This document shows, one piece after another, positions 17,860 to 27,048 of a stretch of DNA of 38,135 bases. The DNA is from a virus (Duplodnaviria > Caudoviricetes). Every line of letters starts with the position of its first letter. The stretch's first letter is position 1. A program made the translations under genes and the position numbers. The notes below the pieces were generated by a model. It was not told where the DNA came from, did not search any database, and saw only the letters and a list, made by a program, of their open reading frames with translations. The stretch lies in IMG/VR virus record IMGVR_UViG_3300043391_000033, positions 1 through 38,135 of that record; one strand, written 5' to 3'.

Positions 17860-18956
17860 TGGGTAGTATTGTTAGTGATGTAGTTGGAGTATTTACAGGA
17901 GCTGGTGACGTAGAAGACGCTGCTAACGCTTCTGCTGCTCAACAGCGAGAGGCTGCTCAGAATGCTGCGTATGCTGCTGCATTTAGACCAGTAGGAATGA
18001 CATCTAGATTTGGTACATCTCAGTTTACACGTGAGGTAGACCCAAAGACTGGAATGCCTTATGTCTCAAACGCAAGTTATACTATTGCTCCTGAGTTAGC
18101 TGGGTTACAAGATAGATTATTTAATCAGTTTGGACGCACTGCTGACATAGCCCAGCAAAGAGCAAGTCAGTATGCTCCCTTAGGAAGTGCTGCTAATCAG
18201 TTAATGTCTTTAGGTCAAGGATACTTAGCTCAGTCTCCTGAACAAGCTGCCCAAGATTACATGACATCGCAGCAAGGATTGCTAGCAGGTTCGAGAGAAC
18301 AACAACTAGCAGGTCTTCGTAATAAAGTATACCAAACAGGTCGTGGTGGTTTAGGTGTTGGTGGTACTACTACTGGACAAGGTGCTTCTAATCCAGAGAT
18401 GCAAGCATACTACAATGCGTTAGCACAACAAGATTTACAACTAGCATCACAAGCACAACAAGCAGGACAACAACGTGCTACATTTGGTGCTGGTTTGTTA
18501 GGCACAGGTGCTGGCTTAATTGGCTCACAAGTACAAGGTGAAGTTGGTGCATTGTCTCCATTACAATCACAGTTAGGTTTAGCAAGTACAACTGAGCAAC
18601 TAGGACAGATGCCTTATAACATGGGTCTTGCTCTAGGACAAGCTTCTATCCCTGGTCAAACATCAGGTGCTCAGATGTATCAATCAGGTATGTCTGCTGC
18701 TGCTAATACACAGTACCAAGGTGCTGCTCAAGCTGCTCAGATGAACGCTGCCTTCTTGAATAACTTAATTGGTTCTGCGGCTGGTGCTTATGGCATGAGT
18801 TCTATGGGCGGAGGAGCTAGTGCATTAAGTGGTGGTTTGTCTACAGGCTCTCCAGGTGGTTATGTAATGGGCTCAGGTAATTACTTAAACAGTGGTGTTA
18901 GCTATCCTGGTTTTGGTTTTAATCCATCAAGCACTGGTGGCTTTCGTCTTAGATAA
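17859..18956 (+). CDS. Ejection/internal virion protein 1
   Basis: G/A/Q-rich, no Cys or Trp, hydrophobic Gly-rich segments; AGGAG RBS. Confidence 0.7.
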   Translation: MGSIVSDVVGVFTGAGDVEDAANASAAQQREAAQNAAYAAAFRPVGMTSRFGTSQFTREVDPKTGMPYVSNASYTIAPELAGLQDRLFNQFGRTADIAQQRASQYAPLGSAANQLMSLGQGYLAQSPEQAAQDYMTSQQGLLAGSREQQLAGLRNKVYQTGRGGLGVGGTTTGQGASNPEMQAYYNALAQQDLQLASQAQQAGQQRATFGAGLLGTGAGLIGSQVQGEVGALSPLQSQLGLASTTEQLGQMPYNMGLALGQASIPGQTSGAQMYQSGMSAAANTQYQGAAQAAQMNAAFLNNLIGSAAGAYGMSSMGGGASALSGGLSTGSPGGYVMGSGNYLNSGVSYPGFGFNPSSTGGFRLR

Positions 18957-18965
18957 GGAATAATT

Positions 18966-19661
18966 ATGGGAATGGATGTTACTAAAATGTTAGGGAGTGA
19001 CCCTGACGTACTACGCAGTCAAATCATGCAGCAAGAGATGGCTCGTTACAATCAGTATCAAGACCCACGTATGAACTTAGCTTCTACACTTGGTGGTCTT
19101 CTTGGTGGTGGTGTTGTTAACGTTGCTCAAGGTCGTAACTTCTTTGAATCTGGTAATCCAATTTTAAAGAAAGCATCTCAGCTACAAGAGATTTATAATA
19201 CTACTGCTCAATCAATTGACCCTAATAGCGACCCTGCTCAGTTTTACAAAGTATTACAGACTAATTTAGCTGCTGCTGGTTTTGGTCCTCAAGCTGCTAT
19301 GGCTGCTCAAGAAGCATACAAGTTTGCTAAAGAAGGAAAAGAGATGTCTCTTAAAGAGCGTCAAGTTGCTGCTACTGAAGCAAGTGTTGAAAGTAAGCAG
19401 ACAAAAGGTGGCTACCAAACTGATGCAGGTCCTGCAGTATTTAAAGATGGTAAGTACTATGTACAGACTGAAGAAGGCGAAGAAGCTTATAGCAAATCTA
19501 AGCATGGTCCTATGTTTGTAATGCAAGGTGAGTCTCCTCAAGAACGTTTCATGAGAGCAGCAGGTGGTGCTGGCGGTGCTGCAAAGCCAACAGATACTAC
19601 TTCTCAATACATTATTAAAGATGGTAAGTTACAGTTAAATCCAAACTATAAACTCAAGTAG
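18966..19661 (+). CDS. Ejection/internal virion protein 2
   Basis: Q/A/G-rich, LGGLLGGG segment, no Cys; synteny. Confidence 0.6.
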   Translation: MGMDVTKMLGSDPDVLRSQIMQQEMARYNQYQDPRMNLASTLGGLLGGGVVNVAQGRNFFESGNPILKKASQLQEIYNTTAQSIDPNSDPAQFYKVLQTNLAAAGFGPQAAMAAQEAYKFAKEGKEMSLKERQVAATEASVESKQTKGGYQTDAGPAVFKDGKYYVQTEEGEEAYSKSKHGPMFVMQGESPQERFMRAAGGAGGAAKPTDTTSQYIIKDGKLQLNPNYKLK

Positions 19662-19669
19662 GAGTTCGC

Positions 19670-21115
19670 ATGATTGTAGAAGTTCCAGTTCTGGGAAAAA
19701 TTGAAGTACCAGATGACATGCCTCCTGATGAGATTATGCGTATTGTTGGTGAGTTCGCAGGTGTTGATACTACCAAACCAATTAACGATTGGGGCGCATT
19801 TACAAGAGGTTTAGAAAGAGGTATCACAGGTACGACTAGAGGCGTAGGACAAGTCATGTCTAAAGTTTCTGGTCAAGAGCGTACTGCACCAACAGAAGAT
19901 GTACAGTATGATGCAATGGGTAATGTTATCTCTGGTGGTACAGCACCTTCAGAGCAAGAGTTACGTACAGGTGAGTCTGTTAAACAAGCTGATATTCGTA
20001 AAGAGTTTGAGTACGAGTTAGCAAAGATTCAAGGAAATAAACTAGCTTCTTATGGTGGCTACATTGCTGGTACTATTCTAGACCCTGCTAACCTTATTAC
20101 AGGTTTAGGTACTCCAACTACTAAAACATTAGCAGCAGAAGGTATAGCAGCTGGTGGCGTACAAGGATTCTTTGACCCTATTTATGGCTCAGAGGACACA
20201 TGGGGTGCTAGGTCTTTTGGTGCAGCTGTAGGAGCTGGTACTGGTGGTCTTATTGGTGCTGGTATTGGTAAGCTATTTAACGTTGATGCTAGAGCTAAAA
20301 CAGAAGCTGATACTGGTAGTTTCCCTAGTCCAGAAGTAAAGCTAGGGGATGAGGCAGAGAATGTTGCACCGCAAACAGATGTTAGAGATACACCTACATC
20401 TTTAAATACCCCTAATATCGTTCAAAACGCTGTTCCTGGCGTTCAAAACCAGATAGAGCTACCCAAGCTACCTCAATATTTAGGTGGTGCTAAACCTTCG
20501 TTTTTCAAGTCTGGTATTGAATTTGAAACTGACTTAGATAAAGCCTTGTACATTATTGGTAATCCAATGTCTAAGTCTCAGCGTCATGGTGAGTATGTAG
20601 ACTTTGTCAAGCAGTCTTTAAATCTTAATGATAATCAGGCTTTAGCACTTGCAAAGCAGGTAAGACAAGAGGTTATTGATAAGGGTAAGTTAGTACAGAA
20701 AACAGCAGGTCTCTCAGGACAACAAGCCCAAACCATTCCATTTAGCATGTCTAAATCATTGGATAATTTAATCAATCCAGTGCAAAAAAACCTTGACGAT
20801 TTCTCAAAAATGGTGTATAATTATGGTCAGACCGTTCAAGAACTTAATGGCAAACCAAAGTTAACACAAGCCATGAACCAAGACTATAGCTTCAAAAAGA
20901 TTAGTGAAGCATATGCTAACCAAGGCGTAAAGGTATCTCCTGAAGATGTTGTCTATCAGGTTAAAGGATATCAGAAGATGTTGGATGAACTTAAGGGACT
21001 TGAAGGTCGTAACTTTAAACCTAAATCATTTGAAGAGTATGTAAAGGGTGGCATGGGTCACGATGAATACATAGCTCTATTAAAGAATGGTGCATTTGAT
21101 GGATGTACACTATGA
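19670..21115 (+). CDS. Large ejection protein, part A
   Basis: IEVPDDM N-terminal module, Gly-zipper hydrophobic segment (GAAVGAGTGGLIGAGIG), AGGAG RBS; single Cys three residues from the C-terminus. Confidence 0.65.
   Translation: MIVEVPVLGKIEVPDDMPPDEIMRIVGEFAGVDTTKPINDWGAFTRGLERGITGTTRGVGQVMSKVSGQERTAPTEDVQYDAMGNVISGGTAPSEQELRTGESVKQADIRKEFEYELAKIQGNKLASYGGYIAGTILDPANLITGLGTPTTKTLAAEGIAAGGVQGFFDPIYGSEDTWGARSFGAAVGAGTGGLIGAGIGKLFNVDARAKTEADTGSFPSPEVKLGDEAENVAPQTDVRDTPTSLNTPNIVQNAVPGVQNQIELPKLPQYLGGAKPSFFKSGIEFETDLDKALYIIGNPMSKSQRHGEYVDFVKQSLNLNDNQALALAKQVRQEVIDKGKLVQKTAGLSGQQAQTIPFSMSKSLDNLINPVQKNLDDFSKMVYNYGQTVQELNGKPKLTQAMNQDYSFKKISEAYANQGVKVSPEDVVYQVKGYQKMLDELKGLEGRNFKPKSFEEYVKGGMGHDEYIALLKNGAFDGCTL
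20793..20821 (+). promoter_or_regulatory. Intragenic sigma70-like promoter
   Basis: TTGACG(20793)-17-TATAAT(20816) with an upstream A-tract. Confidence 0.6.
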
Positions 21116-21747
21116 GTCAACGTTGCGATTTAAGATTTTATAAATCATTCTTACCAAGAAGACAGCCTTCAGATTTAAGTGCTGCTCAACTCGCTAAGTT
21201 AAAAGATTTAAATGAAGTACAAGCAAATAAGTATTTGTCTATGCTAGCTGATATTGACAATGATGCTTACAAAGTAATGAACACAGCAATGGCTATCAGC
21301 CCAAGACGTATCACACAGATGTCTGACTTAGGTAAGCCAACTACGCAAGTAGTACAAGAAGCTGAAGAAACAGCTAATCGTATGCTAGCGTCTGCTCCTC
21401 AATCAGAAAGACTTAGTGCTCAAGAAGTGGGTGAGCGTCTCTTGATGAATCTTAAGAAGGGTGAGGTCATGGACCCAGTGGCTAGAACACTTGCTACCAA
21501 AGCATTTGAGAATGTTCAAGCACAACTTCCACTTTTAAACAAACAATTACTAAATGCAATAGAAACAGGTAACGATACTGCTGCAGTGTCTTTGTTAAAC
21601 AGATGGGTTGATAGTATTGCAGTAACTGCTGGTTATGTTGGTGATGGTAACGCATGGTCTAAAGCTGGTAATATGAGAAAGTATTACAAACAGCAGATGA
21701 AGAAGAATGCAGACATTGCTCAACTATTCCAAGAAGGTAAGTGTTAA
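21112..21747 (+). CDS. Large ejection protein, part B
   Basis: ATGA overlap; 211 aa helical; Cys only at residue 5 and as the last residue. Confidence 0.6.
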   Translation: MSQRCDLRFYKSFLPRRQPSDLSAAQLAKLKDLNEVQANKYLSMLADIDNDAYKVMNTAMAISPRRITQMSDLGKPTTQVVQEAEETANRMLASAPQSERLSAQEVGERLLMNLKKGEVMDPVARTLATKAFENVQAQLPLLNKQLLNAIETGNDTAAVSLLNRWVDSIAVTAGYVGDGNAWSKAGNMRKYYKQQMKKNADIAQLFQEGKC

Positions 21748-23753
21748 TGAAGATTACTGATAAATGTAAAGAGTTCTTACGTAGCATGCTTAAAGGGCAT
21801 GACCATTTAATTAATAACTCTAACGCAACAGAGGCAGAAGCTAAAGCTGCTATCATGCAGTCATATGTTAAGATGCTAGAGAAGCCATCAATACGTGAGC
21901 GTCTAGCTGCTTACACACGCTTTAGTTATTTGTCTGGTGTGTCTACACACGTCATCAACGCTATCTCTCAAACAATGCAGATAGGTATGCAGCCTATTCT
22001 ACGTGCATCACGTGGTGACTTCAGAGAAGCTGAAGCAATGTTTAAAGGCATTACTCAAGGTTTCATGGAAGCTTTCCCACGCTTTGTGTCTACATTTAAA
22101 GCACGTCCTTTTAACTTGGATGCTAAGAATCAAAAAGCATTTGACATCTCTGATAACAAATACGTAGAAGCTTTATTCTCATACCCAATTAGAACTACTG
22201 CTGCTCTTGACGAAGGTCTTGGTGCTGTTCTTGAGCGTATGGAATTTAATGCTATGCGTCATCGTATTGCTAACAAGTTTCCAGATGAGTTCTTTAAGAG
22301 ACAAGGCATGTCTAAAGATGCTTTCGTTAAACAACTAGAAGATATTGCTTTGGGTAAGATTCCTAGCAATCAATCATGGCAACAATCTCTAGCAGACTTA
22401 TCACCAGAACTAGCACAGCAGTTAAATGAGTTTAAGATGTTTAACTCTTTCCGTTCACGTCTTGGTAATTCTGCTATTGATAAGCTAGCAACTCAGATGG
22501 TAAAAGCTAAGGATGCTGTTCCTGAATTAAACCTTGTTGTTCCTTTCGTTACTACACCTACTAACGTCTGGAAAGAAGCAATGGGTTATATCCCAGGTGC
22601 AGGAATGCTTAGAGTAAGTCAGACTAAGAAAGATATTAAACTGCTACAAGCCAGACGTGAAGTGTTTTTAGATAAAGCAACTAAAGCAAGTAACGTTGAT
22701 ACTCAAGCCTTGAACATGGAAAAAGCAGCACGTATCCAGGGTGAGATTAACTTTAAACAGCAGAAGATGCCTGACTTCTATGTTCAGCAAATGATGGGTG
22801 CAGGTTTAATGTTCTCTGCTTATAGCATGGTCAACTCAGGTGTGTTAACAGGACACTACTCTAGCGACCCTGCTGAAAGACAAAGACAAATCACTGCTAA
22901 GATTCCTCCAATGTCTATCAAGGTAACCAATCCTTTTACTGGACAAGAGCAGTGGATTAGTTATCAGAAATTAGAGCCTGTGTCTACAGTGTTAGGACTA
23001 GTAGCAGATACAATGCAAGCCCTAAAAGAAGGACGCATCAAAGGTGAAAGTCTAGATGTTGGTGACTTCCTAAAGATTATTGGTCATAACATGGTAGACA
23101 AAACATTCACTGAAGGGTTGTCTAAGTTATTCCTAGCAATGCAAGAGTCAGATAGATATGCTGAGTCATTCATCGTTAGCTTAACAAACCCAGTAGTACC
23201 TGCTATCGTTAACCAAATAGCACGTATTGAGGACGATGTCAAGCGAGAGATTAGAGACCCTGAATTAGCTAACTGGATTGTTAACAGTCTTAAATCACGT
23301 ATCCCAGGCTTACGCCAAGACTTGCCTACTCAGGTTAACCTTGTTGGTCAAGAGCAAGACTTAGGTACTGTAGGCGGTCAGGTAACAGGCTTTAACGTTG
23401 AATCTGCAGAGAGAGAAGCTGTTAACAAGTTATTTGATAACCCATATCTCAAGGTTACTCGTACAACTAGAAGTGTTGGTGGTTTAGAGTTAACTGGTCA
23501 ACAGTATGCTGAGATGGAAAATCGTATTGGTGATATGACATATAAGATGTTACAGCCATATGCTAACAATCCTGGCTTCAATGCAATGCCAAGACCATTA
23601 CAAGCTAAGTTAATTAAGAATACAATTACTGAAGTTAGAAAGCAAGAAAGGCTAGCTACTCTAGGTCGTGTTATTCAAGACCCACAGCAACTAGCCAAGT
23701 ACTATGCTAATGAAGTTACTAAGTATGGACTACAGCCAGACGTAGTAGATTAA
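21747..23753 (+). CDS. Large ejection protein, part C (gp16 C-terminal/LPD38-like)
   Basis: TAATG overlap; PFVTTPTN, hydrophobic helix and WISY.KLEP motifs; last gene of the arm; single Cys at residue 7. Confidence 0.7.
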   Translation: MKITDKCKEFLRSMLKGHDHLINNSNATEAEAKAAIMQSYVKMLEKPSIRERLAAYTRFSYLSGVSTHVINAISQTMQIGMQPILRASRGDFREAEAMFKGITQGFMEAFPRFVSTFKARPFNLDAKNQKAFDISDNKYVEALFSYPIRTTAALDEGLGAVLERMEFNAMRHRIANKFPDEFFKRQGMSKDAFVKQLEDIALGKIPSNQSWQQSLADLSPELAQQLNEFKMFNSFRSRLGNSAIDKLATQMVKAKDAVPELNLVVPFVTTPTNVWKEAMGYIPGAGMLRVSQTKKDIKLLQARREVFLDKATKASNVDTQALNMEKAARIQGEINFKQQKMPDFYVQQMMGAGLMFSAYSMVNSGVLTGHYSSDPAERQRQITAKIPPMSIKVTNPFTGQEQWISYQKLEPVSTVLGLVADTMQALKEGRIKGESLDVGDFLKIIGHNMVDKTFTEGLSKLFLAMQESDRYAESFIVSLTNPVVPAIVNQIARIEDDVKREIRDPELANWIVNSLKSRIPGLRQDLPTQVNLVGQEQDLGTVGGQVTGFNVESAEREAVNKLFDNPYLKVTRTTRSVGGLELTGQQYAEMENRIGDMTYKMLQPYANNPGFNAMPRPLQAKLIKNTITEVRKQERLATLGRVIQDPQQLAKYYANEVTKYGLQPDVVD

Positions 23754-23878
23754 TCTTCTTCTCTACTGAATAAGATACGTAAGATACCTAGGTCAAGGAC
23801 AAAATACTGCCCTTCATCTAGGTTAGCGTATTCAAAGCCAATAGCGAACCCAGTAATAAAATAAAATTCTACTGTCAT
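23750..23878 (-). CDS. Small hydrophobic beta-type protein, 42 aa (not in ORF track)
   Basis: MTVEFYFITGFAIGFEYANLDEGQYFVLDLGILRILFSREED; ATGA overlap with the RNR stop; GGAGG upstream; fills the gap exactly. Confidence 0.7.
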   Translation of the reverse strand: MTVEFYFITGFAIGFEYANLDEGQYFVLDLGILRILFSREED

Positions 23879-25782
23879 ATTGCACATCCTCCTGCAGTAC
23901 ATGATAACATCTGAGCACCTTCTACGTTATCATCATACTCTTTAAAGTCATCCCAACTCACTGAATCAGGAACTAACATTCTTAGTTGGTTATACTGCTC
24001 TTCTGTGCACTCCTCATAAGGTGCTTGCTTGTATGTTCCACCATCCATTGGCAAGAACGATACACCAGTTACCTCATCAAAGTGTTCCCACACCCAAGCC
24101 CCTACTTCCATCCATTCGTCTTCCTTAACACTGATAGTTACTGAAGGTTTATGTTCACAGTAATGTCTCTGGAATAACAACCATAACTTCAAGTGCTTAA
24201 TAGCAGACAAATCTTCTCTCAGTAACGCACCATCTGCTACCTTCACTGGGAAGCTAAAGACAGTAGTACTATCAGGTTTCATCACACAAGGTTCAGCTAC
24301 AAACCCTGACTGAATCATGAACTGAGTTAATGGGTCTTTATTATCAGCTCTAACCCTACGAATATAGTATTGACTATGCTGAGGATGAATGCCACTAGCA
24401 GTCGAGCAGAGTTGAGATACAGTCCCTTCAGGTTTGATTGCTGTAACTGCCACAGACTGATTAATCCCAACAGCAGTAGCGAACTCAGCATTAACAGATA
24501 CAGCAACATCTTTTAACTTCTCCAATCGTTTAGGTAACTCTACATCATCAGGGTTATTCAACAAAGCATTGTCTAGGATACCAGTCATTGATACACCTAG
24601 TAGTGCTTCTTCTTCTGTGTTCTTCTGCCATACTTTACGTAGGTAAGGGAAGTTTGTTAACGTTGCTTGAAAAGTCCCAAGAATCGTTGCCAACCTAATC
24701 TTACGTTCCAAAGTAGCCATAGTATCATCACTGCGAACAATGCAAGAGGATAGATTACAGAACTGATAAGGGCGTAAAATGATTTCAGAGCAAGGGTTCG
24801 TACCAAAGTCGTAAGTACTGTCTCTTCTGCCATTCTTTGCAGCTTGTTTCTGTGATGCATCACGATTAAAAATTCCTCTCTCACCACTGTGTGATTCATA
24901 AATACTTGTCCACTCACGCATGAACTGACCAATGCTAGGCTTCTCTTCATAAGTAGCTGAGTTGTTAGCTAAGGCACGTTGACCTTGACCATCCCACCAG
25001 TTACCTGCTTTAGCATGTGCCATCTTATCATCTGACAAATCAGACAAGCTAATCATCGCACTTCTACGTACTCCACCCACGACAACAACTTCCCCAATTT
25101 TACAGAGAATGTCATGACTCTCCAACGATGACAGTTTCCGTCCTGCAGCAGCTTTGAACTTACCAATAACAAATTTGAATAAGTCCTCAAGAGGCTTTGG
25201 TCCAGATGCTCGTCCTCCAAACGTCTTGAGTCGTGCACCCTGAGGTCGTACCTTTGACAAGTCGAACTTTGGAATCTCGCCAGAGTATAGTAAAGCCAAT
25301 AGTTGACGCAACGACTTTGCCCACCCTTCTTTACTGTCAGAAACAACGATAGTAGTCTCACTATCAAACAACTTATCTGGGACATCAGGTAACTGCTTAA
25401 CATATTGTTGCTCCACGCTAAAGCCTACACCAGTACCACACAACAAGATGTACATTGCTTCATCGAATGCTTTAGGGTCATCGATAGGAAGGTATGAACA
25501 ATTGAATGCAGCTACGTTCTGACGCTCTAACGCAGGTCCTGCAGTCATTACAGCTCGCATGCTTGGTACTACTTCTAAATGCTTTACAGCATCTTCTAAC
25601 TCTGCACGTAACTCAGGTGTTAACGTGTAGTTGTTCTTCTCTTTCAGGTTCTTTGTCATGAAATCAAAGTAACGTGTTACTGTCTCACCCCAGTGCTCAC
25701 GTCTACCTTGGTCATCTAAGTAACGAGAGTATCTGCTCTTGGCAATGAAGGTGTTATAAGGTGTTAATTCGTACTTACTCAA
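23875..25782 (-). CDS. nrdJ: Class II adenosylcobalamin-dependent ribonucleotide reductase (monomeric RTPR type)
   Basis: AFNCSY, VVVGGVRRSA, TNPCSEI, FCNLS, KPEGTVSQL, C-terminal CTAGGC; no beta-subunit gene; likely TTG start at 25782 after GGAG. Confidence 0.92.
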   Translation of the reverse strand: MSKYELTPYNTFIAKSRYSRYLDDQGRREHWGETVTRYFDFMTKNLKEKNNYTLTPELRAELEDAVKHLEVVPSMRAVMTAGPALERQNVAAFNCSYLPIDDPKAFDEAMYILLCGTGVGFSVEQQYVKQLPDVPDKLFDSETTIVVSDSKEGWAKSLRQLLALLYSGEIPKFDLSKVRPQGARLKTFGGRASGPKPLEDLFKFVIGKFKAAAGRKLSSLESHDILCKIGEVVVVGGVRRSAMISLSDLSDDKMAHAKAGNWWDGQGQRALANNSATYEEKPSIGQFMREWTSIYESHSGERGIFNRDASQKQAAKNGRRDSTYDFGTNPCSEIILRPYQFCNLSSCIVRSDDTMATLERKIRLATILGTFQATLTNFPYLRKVWQKNTEEEALLGVSMTGILDNALLNNPDDVELPKRLEKLKDVAVSVNAEFATAVGINQSVAVTAIKPEGTVSQLCSTASGIHPQHSQYYIRRVRADNKDPLTQFMIQSGFVAEPCVMKPDSTTVFSFPVKVADGALLREDLSAIKHLKLWLLFQRHYCEHKPSVTISVKEDEWMEVGAWVWEHFDEVTGVSFLPMDGGTYKQAPYEECTEEQYNQLRMLVPDSVSWDDFKEYDDNVEGAQMLSCTAGGCAI

Positions 25783-25930
25783 GTTCTTTCTCCAGTCTGT
25801 CTGCATGTTCTTCAATAACGTCAATGAATCTTTCAACGATATCTTCAGAGCTAATTTGTAATACTTCTAATAATGTTATCTCATCTAACTGTGCTAGCCT
25901 AGTTAGGATATCTCTTAAAGTTAGAGCCAT
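25775..25930 (-). CDS. Small acidic helical protein, 51 aa (not in ORF track)
   Basis: AAGGAG RBS; MALTLRDILTRLAQLDEITLLEVLQISSEDIVERFIDVIEEHADRLEKELE. Confidence 0.8.
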   Translation of the reverse strand: MALTLRDILTRLAQLDEITLLEVLQISSEDIVERFIDVIEEHADRLEKELE

Positions 25931-25932
25931 AT

Positions 25933-25961
25933 ATTATACTCCTTGTTATTATTATTGTCAA
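25933..25961 (-). promoter_or_regulatory. Sigma70 promoter upstream of nrdJ
   Basis: On the minus strand: TTGACA-ATAATAATAACAAGGAG(17)-TATAAT. Confidence 0.8.
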
Positions 25962-26290
25962 CTATAATATTTGTCTTTGATATCATCATAATTCGCTAGC
26001 AGATATTCCACATAATGTTTAATCTTTTCCAAGTCCTGCTTCTCACCTTTATATGGAAAACGCAGAATGTACTTGACAACATTGTGAGACCAAGGGTCTA
26101 GCCCCCAGTCCATAGCAATCGTCCAAGGCTGTACTGCTTTCTTGTAATGATTACCCCCTACCTGCTTTGCTAACACATCGCCTTGGTCCTCCAAACCATG
26201 CTGTGGGCATCTATCTTCTGACTTCTTCTTGTCTTGTTCCTGCACCCAGTCACGCCAGGATGCCATTGCTCTATCATCAATTACTGCCAT
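25958..26290 (-). CDS. DUF3310/T7 gp1.7-like putative nucleotide kinase
   Basis: QVGGNHYK, NVVKYILR..YKG..QDLEK..HY. Confidence 0.7.
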   Translation of the reverse strand: MAVIDDRAMASWRDWVQEQDKKKSEDRCPQHGLEDQGDVLAKQVGGNHYKKAVQPWTIAMDWGLDPWSHNVVKYILRFPYKGEKQDLEKIKHYVEYLLANYDDIKDKYYS

Positions 26291-27047
26291 ACTTCTTCCT
26301 TAAATAATTTAAACTAACAGGCATCTCATCAAAGCTTCCATTGTCAACTTCGTGTAGCATCCAGATACCACGCCAATACTTATTACCTTGTGAGCCTAAG
26401 TAGTCCTCATCGTGTAAATAACAACAACCTACAAACAAGCCTGTAATCTGTTGACCATCAGCTTTGTTAGCATATGCTATTCCTCTGTGTTGGACATGCC
26501 CCATAACAGCAGACATGTGACGCTTAGTGAGCAATGCAGCAGCACTAGCAACTGGTCTACCCATGACCCCACTTGTAAAGTAGTGACAATAGACAACACC
26601 ATCAATAACAACAGGAGTAAGATAAGGTATGACTGTCCACCCTGCTTCAGCATATCCCAAGTCATTGATAGACATAGTACCGTCCAACTTTGGGTCACTC
26701 TCAACTGCTCTAAGAATACGCTCTTCATGATTGCCTAATGTTAACACCATACGTGGTTTATACTGCTTCTCTTTGTTCTTCTTAGCCTTCTCATTAAAAG
26801 CTTTCAAAGGTGCTAGAAGCCTGTCCATTGCCTGCTTAGTTACGTCAATATCTTTCTTGTATCTACGTCCTTCAAAACTCTTCTTACCTATATCGTACAT
26901 CGATAAGCTAGGCATGTCAGCAAAGTCTCCAATGTTAATAATCACATCTGGTTTCTTGTCAACAATATACTTACCAACCCAATCTAAGTAGGAGAGGTCT
27001 ACGCCCTCTTTAACCTGCATGTCAGGTAGTACTAAATGTGTTGTCAT
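26277..27047 (-). CDS. Calcineurin-like metallophosphoesterase
   Basis: PDMQ, GDFAD, GNHE, YCH, GHVQH motifs. Confidence 0.85.
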   Translation of the reverse strand: MTTHLVLPDMQVKEGVDLSYLDWVGKYIVDKKPDVIINIGDFADMPSLSMYDIGKKSFEGRRYKKDIDVTKQAMDRLLAPLKAFNEKAKKNKEKQYKPRMVLTLGNHEERILRAVESDPKLDGTMSINDLGYAEAGWTVIPYLTPVVIDGVVYCHYFTSGVMGRPVASAAALLTKRHMSAVMGHVQHRGIAYANKADGQQITGLFVGCCYLHDEDYLGSQGNKYWRGIWMLHEVDNGSFDEMPVSLNYLRKKYGSN

Positions 27048-27048
27048 G

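Noticed and set aside
828-19857. Many minus-strand ORFs opposite structural genes, and plus-strand ORFs opposite replication genes
   Set aside because: Shadow frames of well-supported genes, with no RBS or recognisable motifs.
21100-21770. Ejection gene breaks as sequencing frameshifts or a pseudogene
   Set aside because: Both breaks are canonical ATGA/TAATG couplings flanked by the only cysteines, which is not expected of random indels.
25783-25836. Extended RNR N-terminus from the ORF track
   Set aside because: It overlaps the 51-aa gene. TTG 25782 has a GGAG RBS and is the more plausible start.
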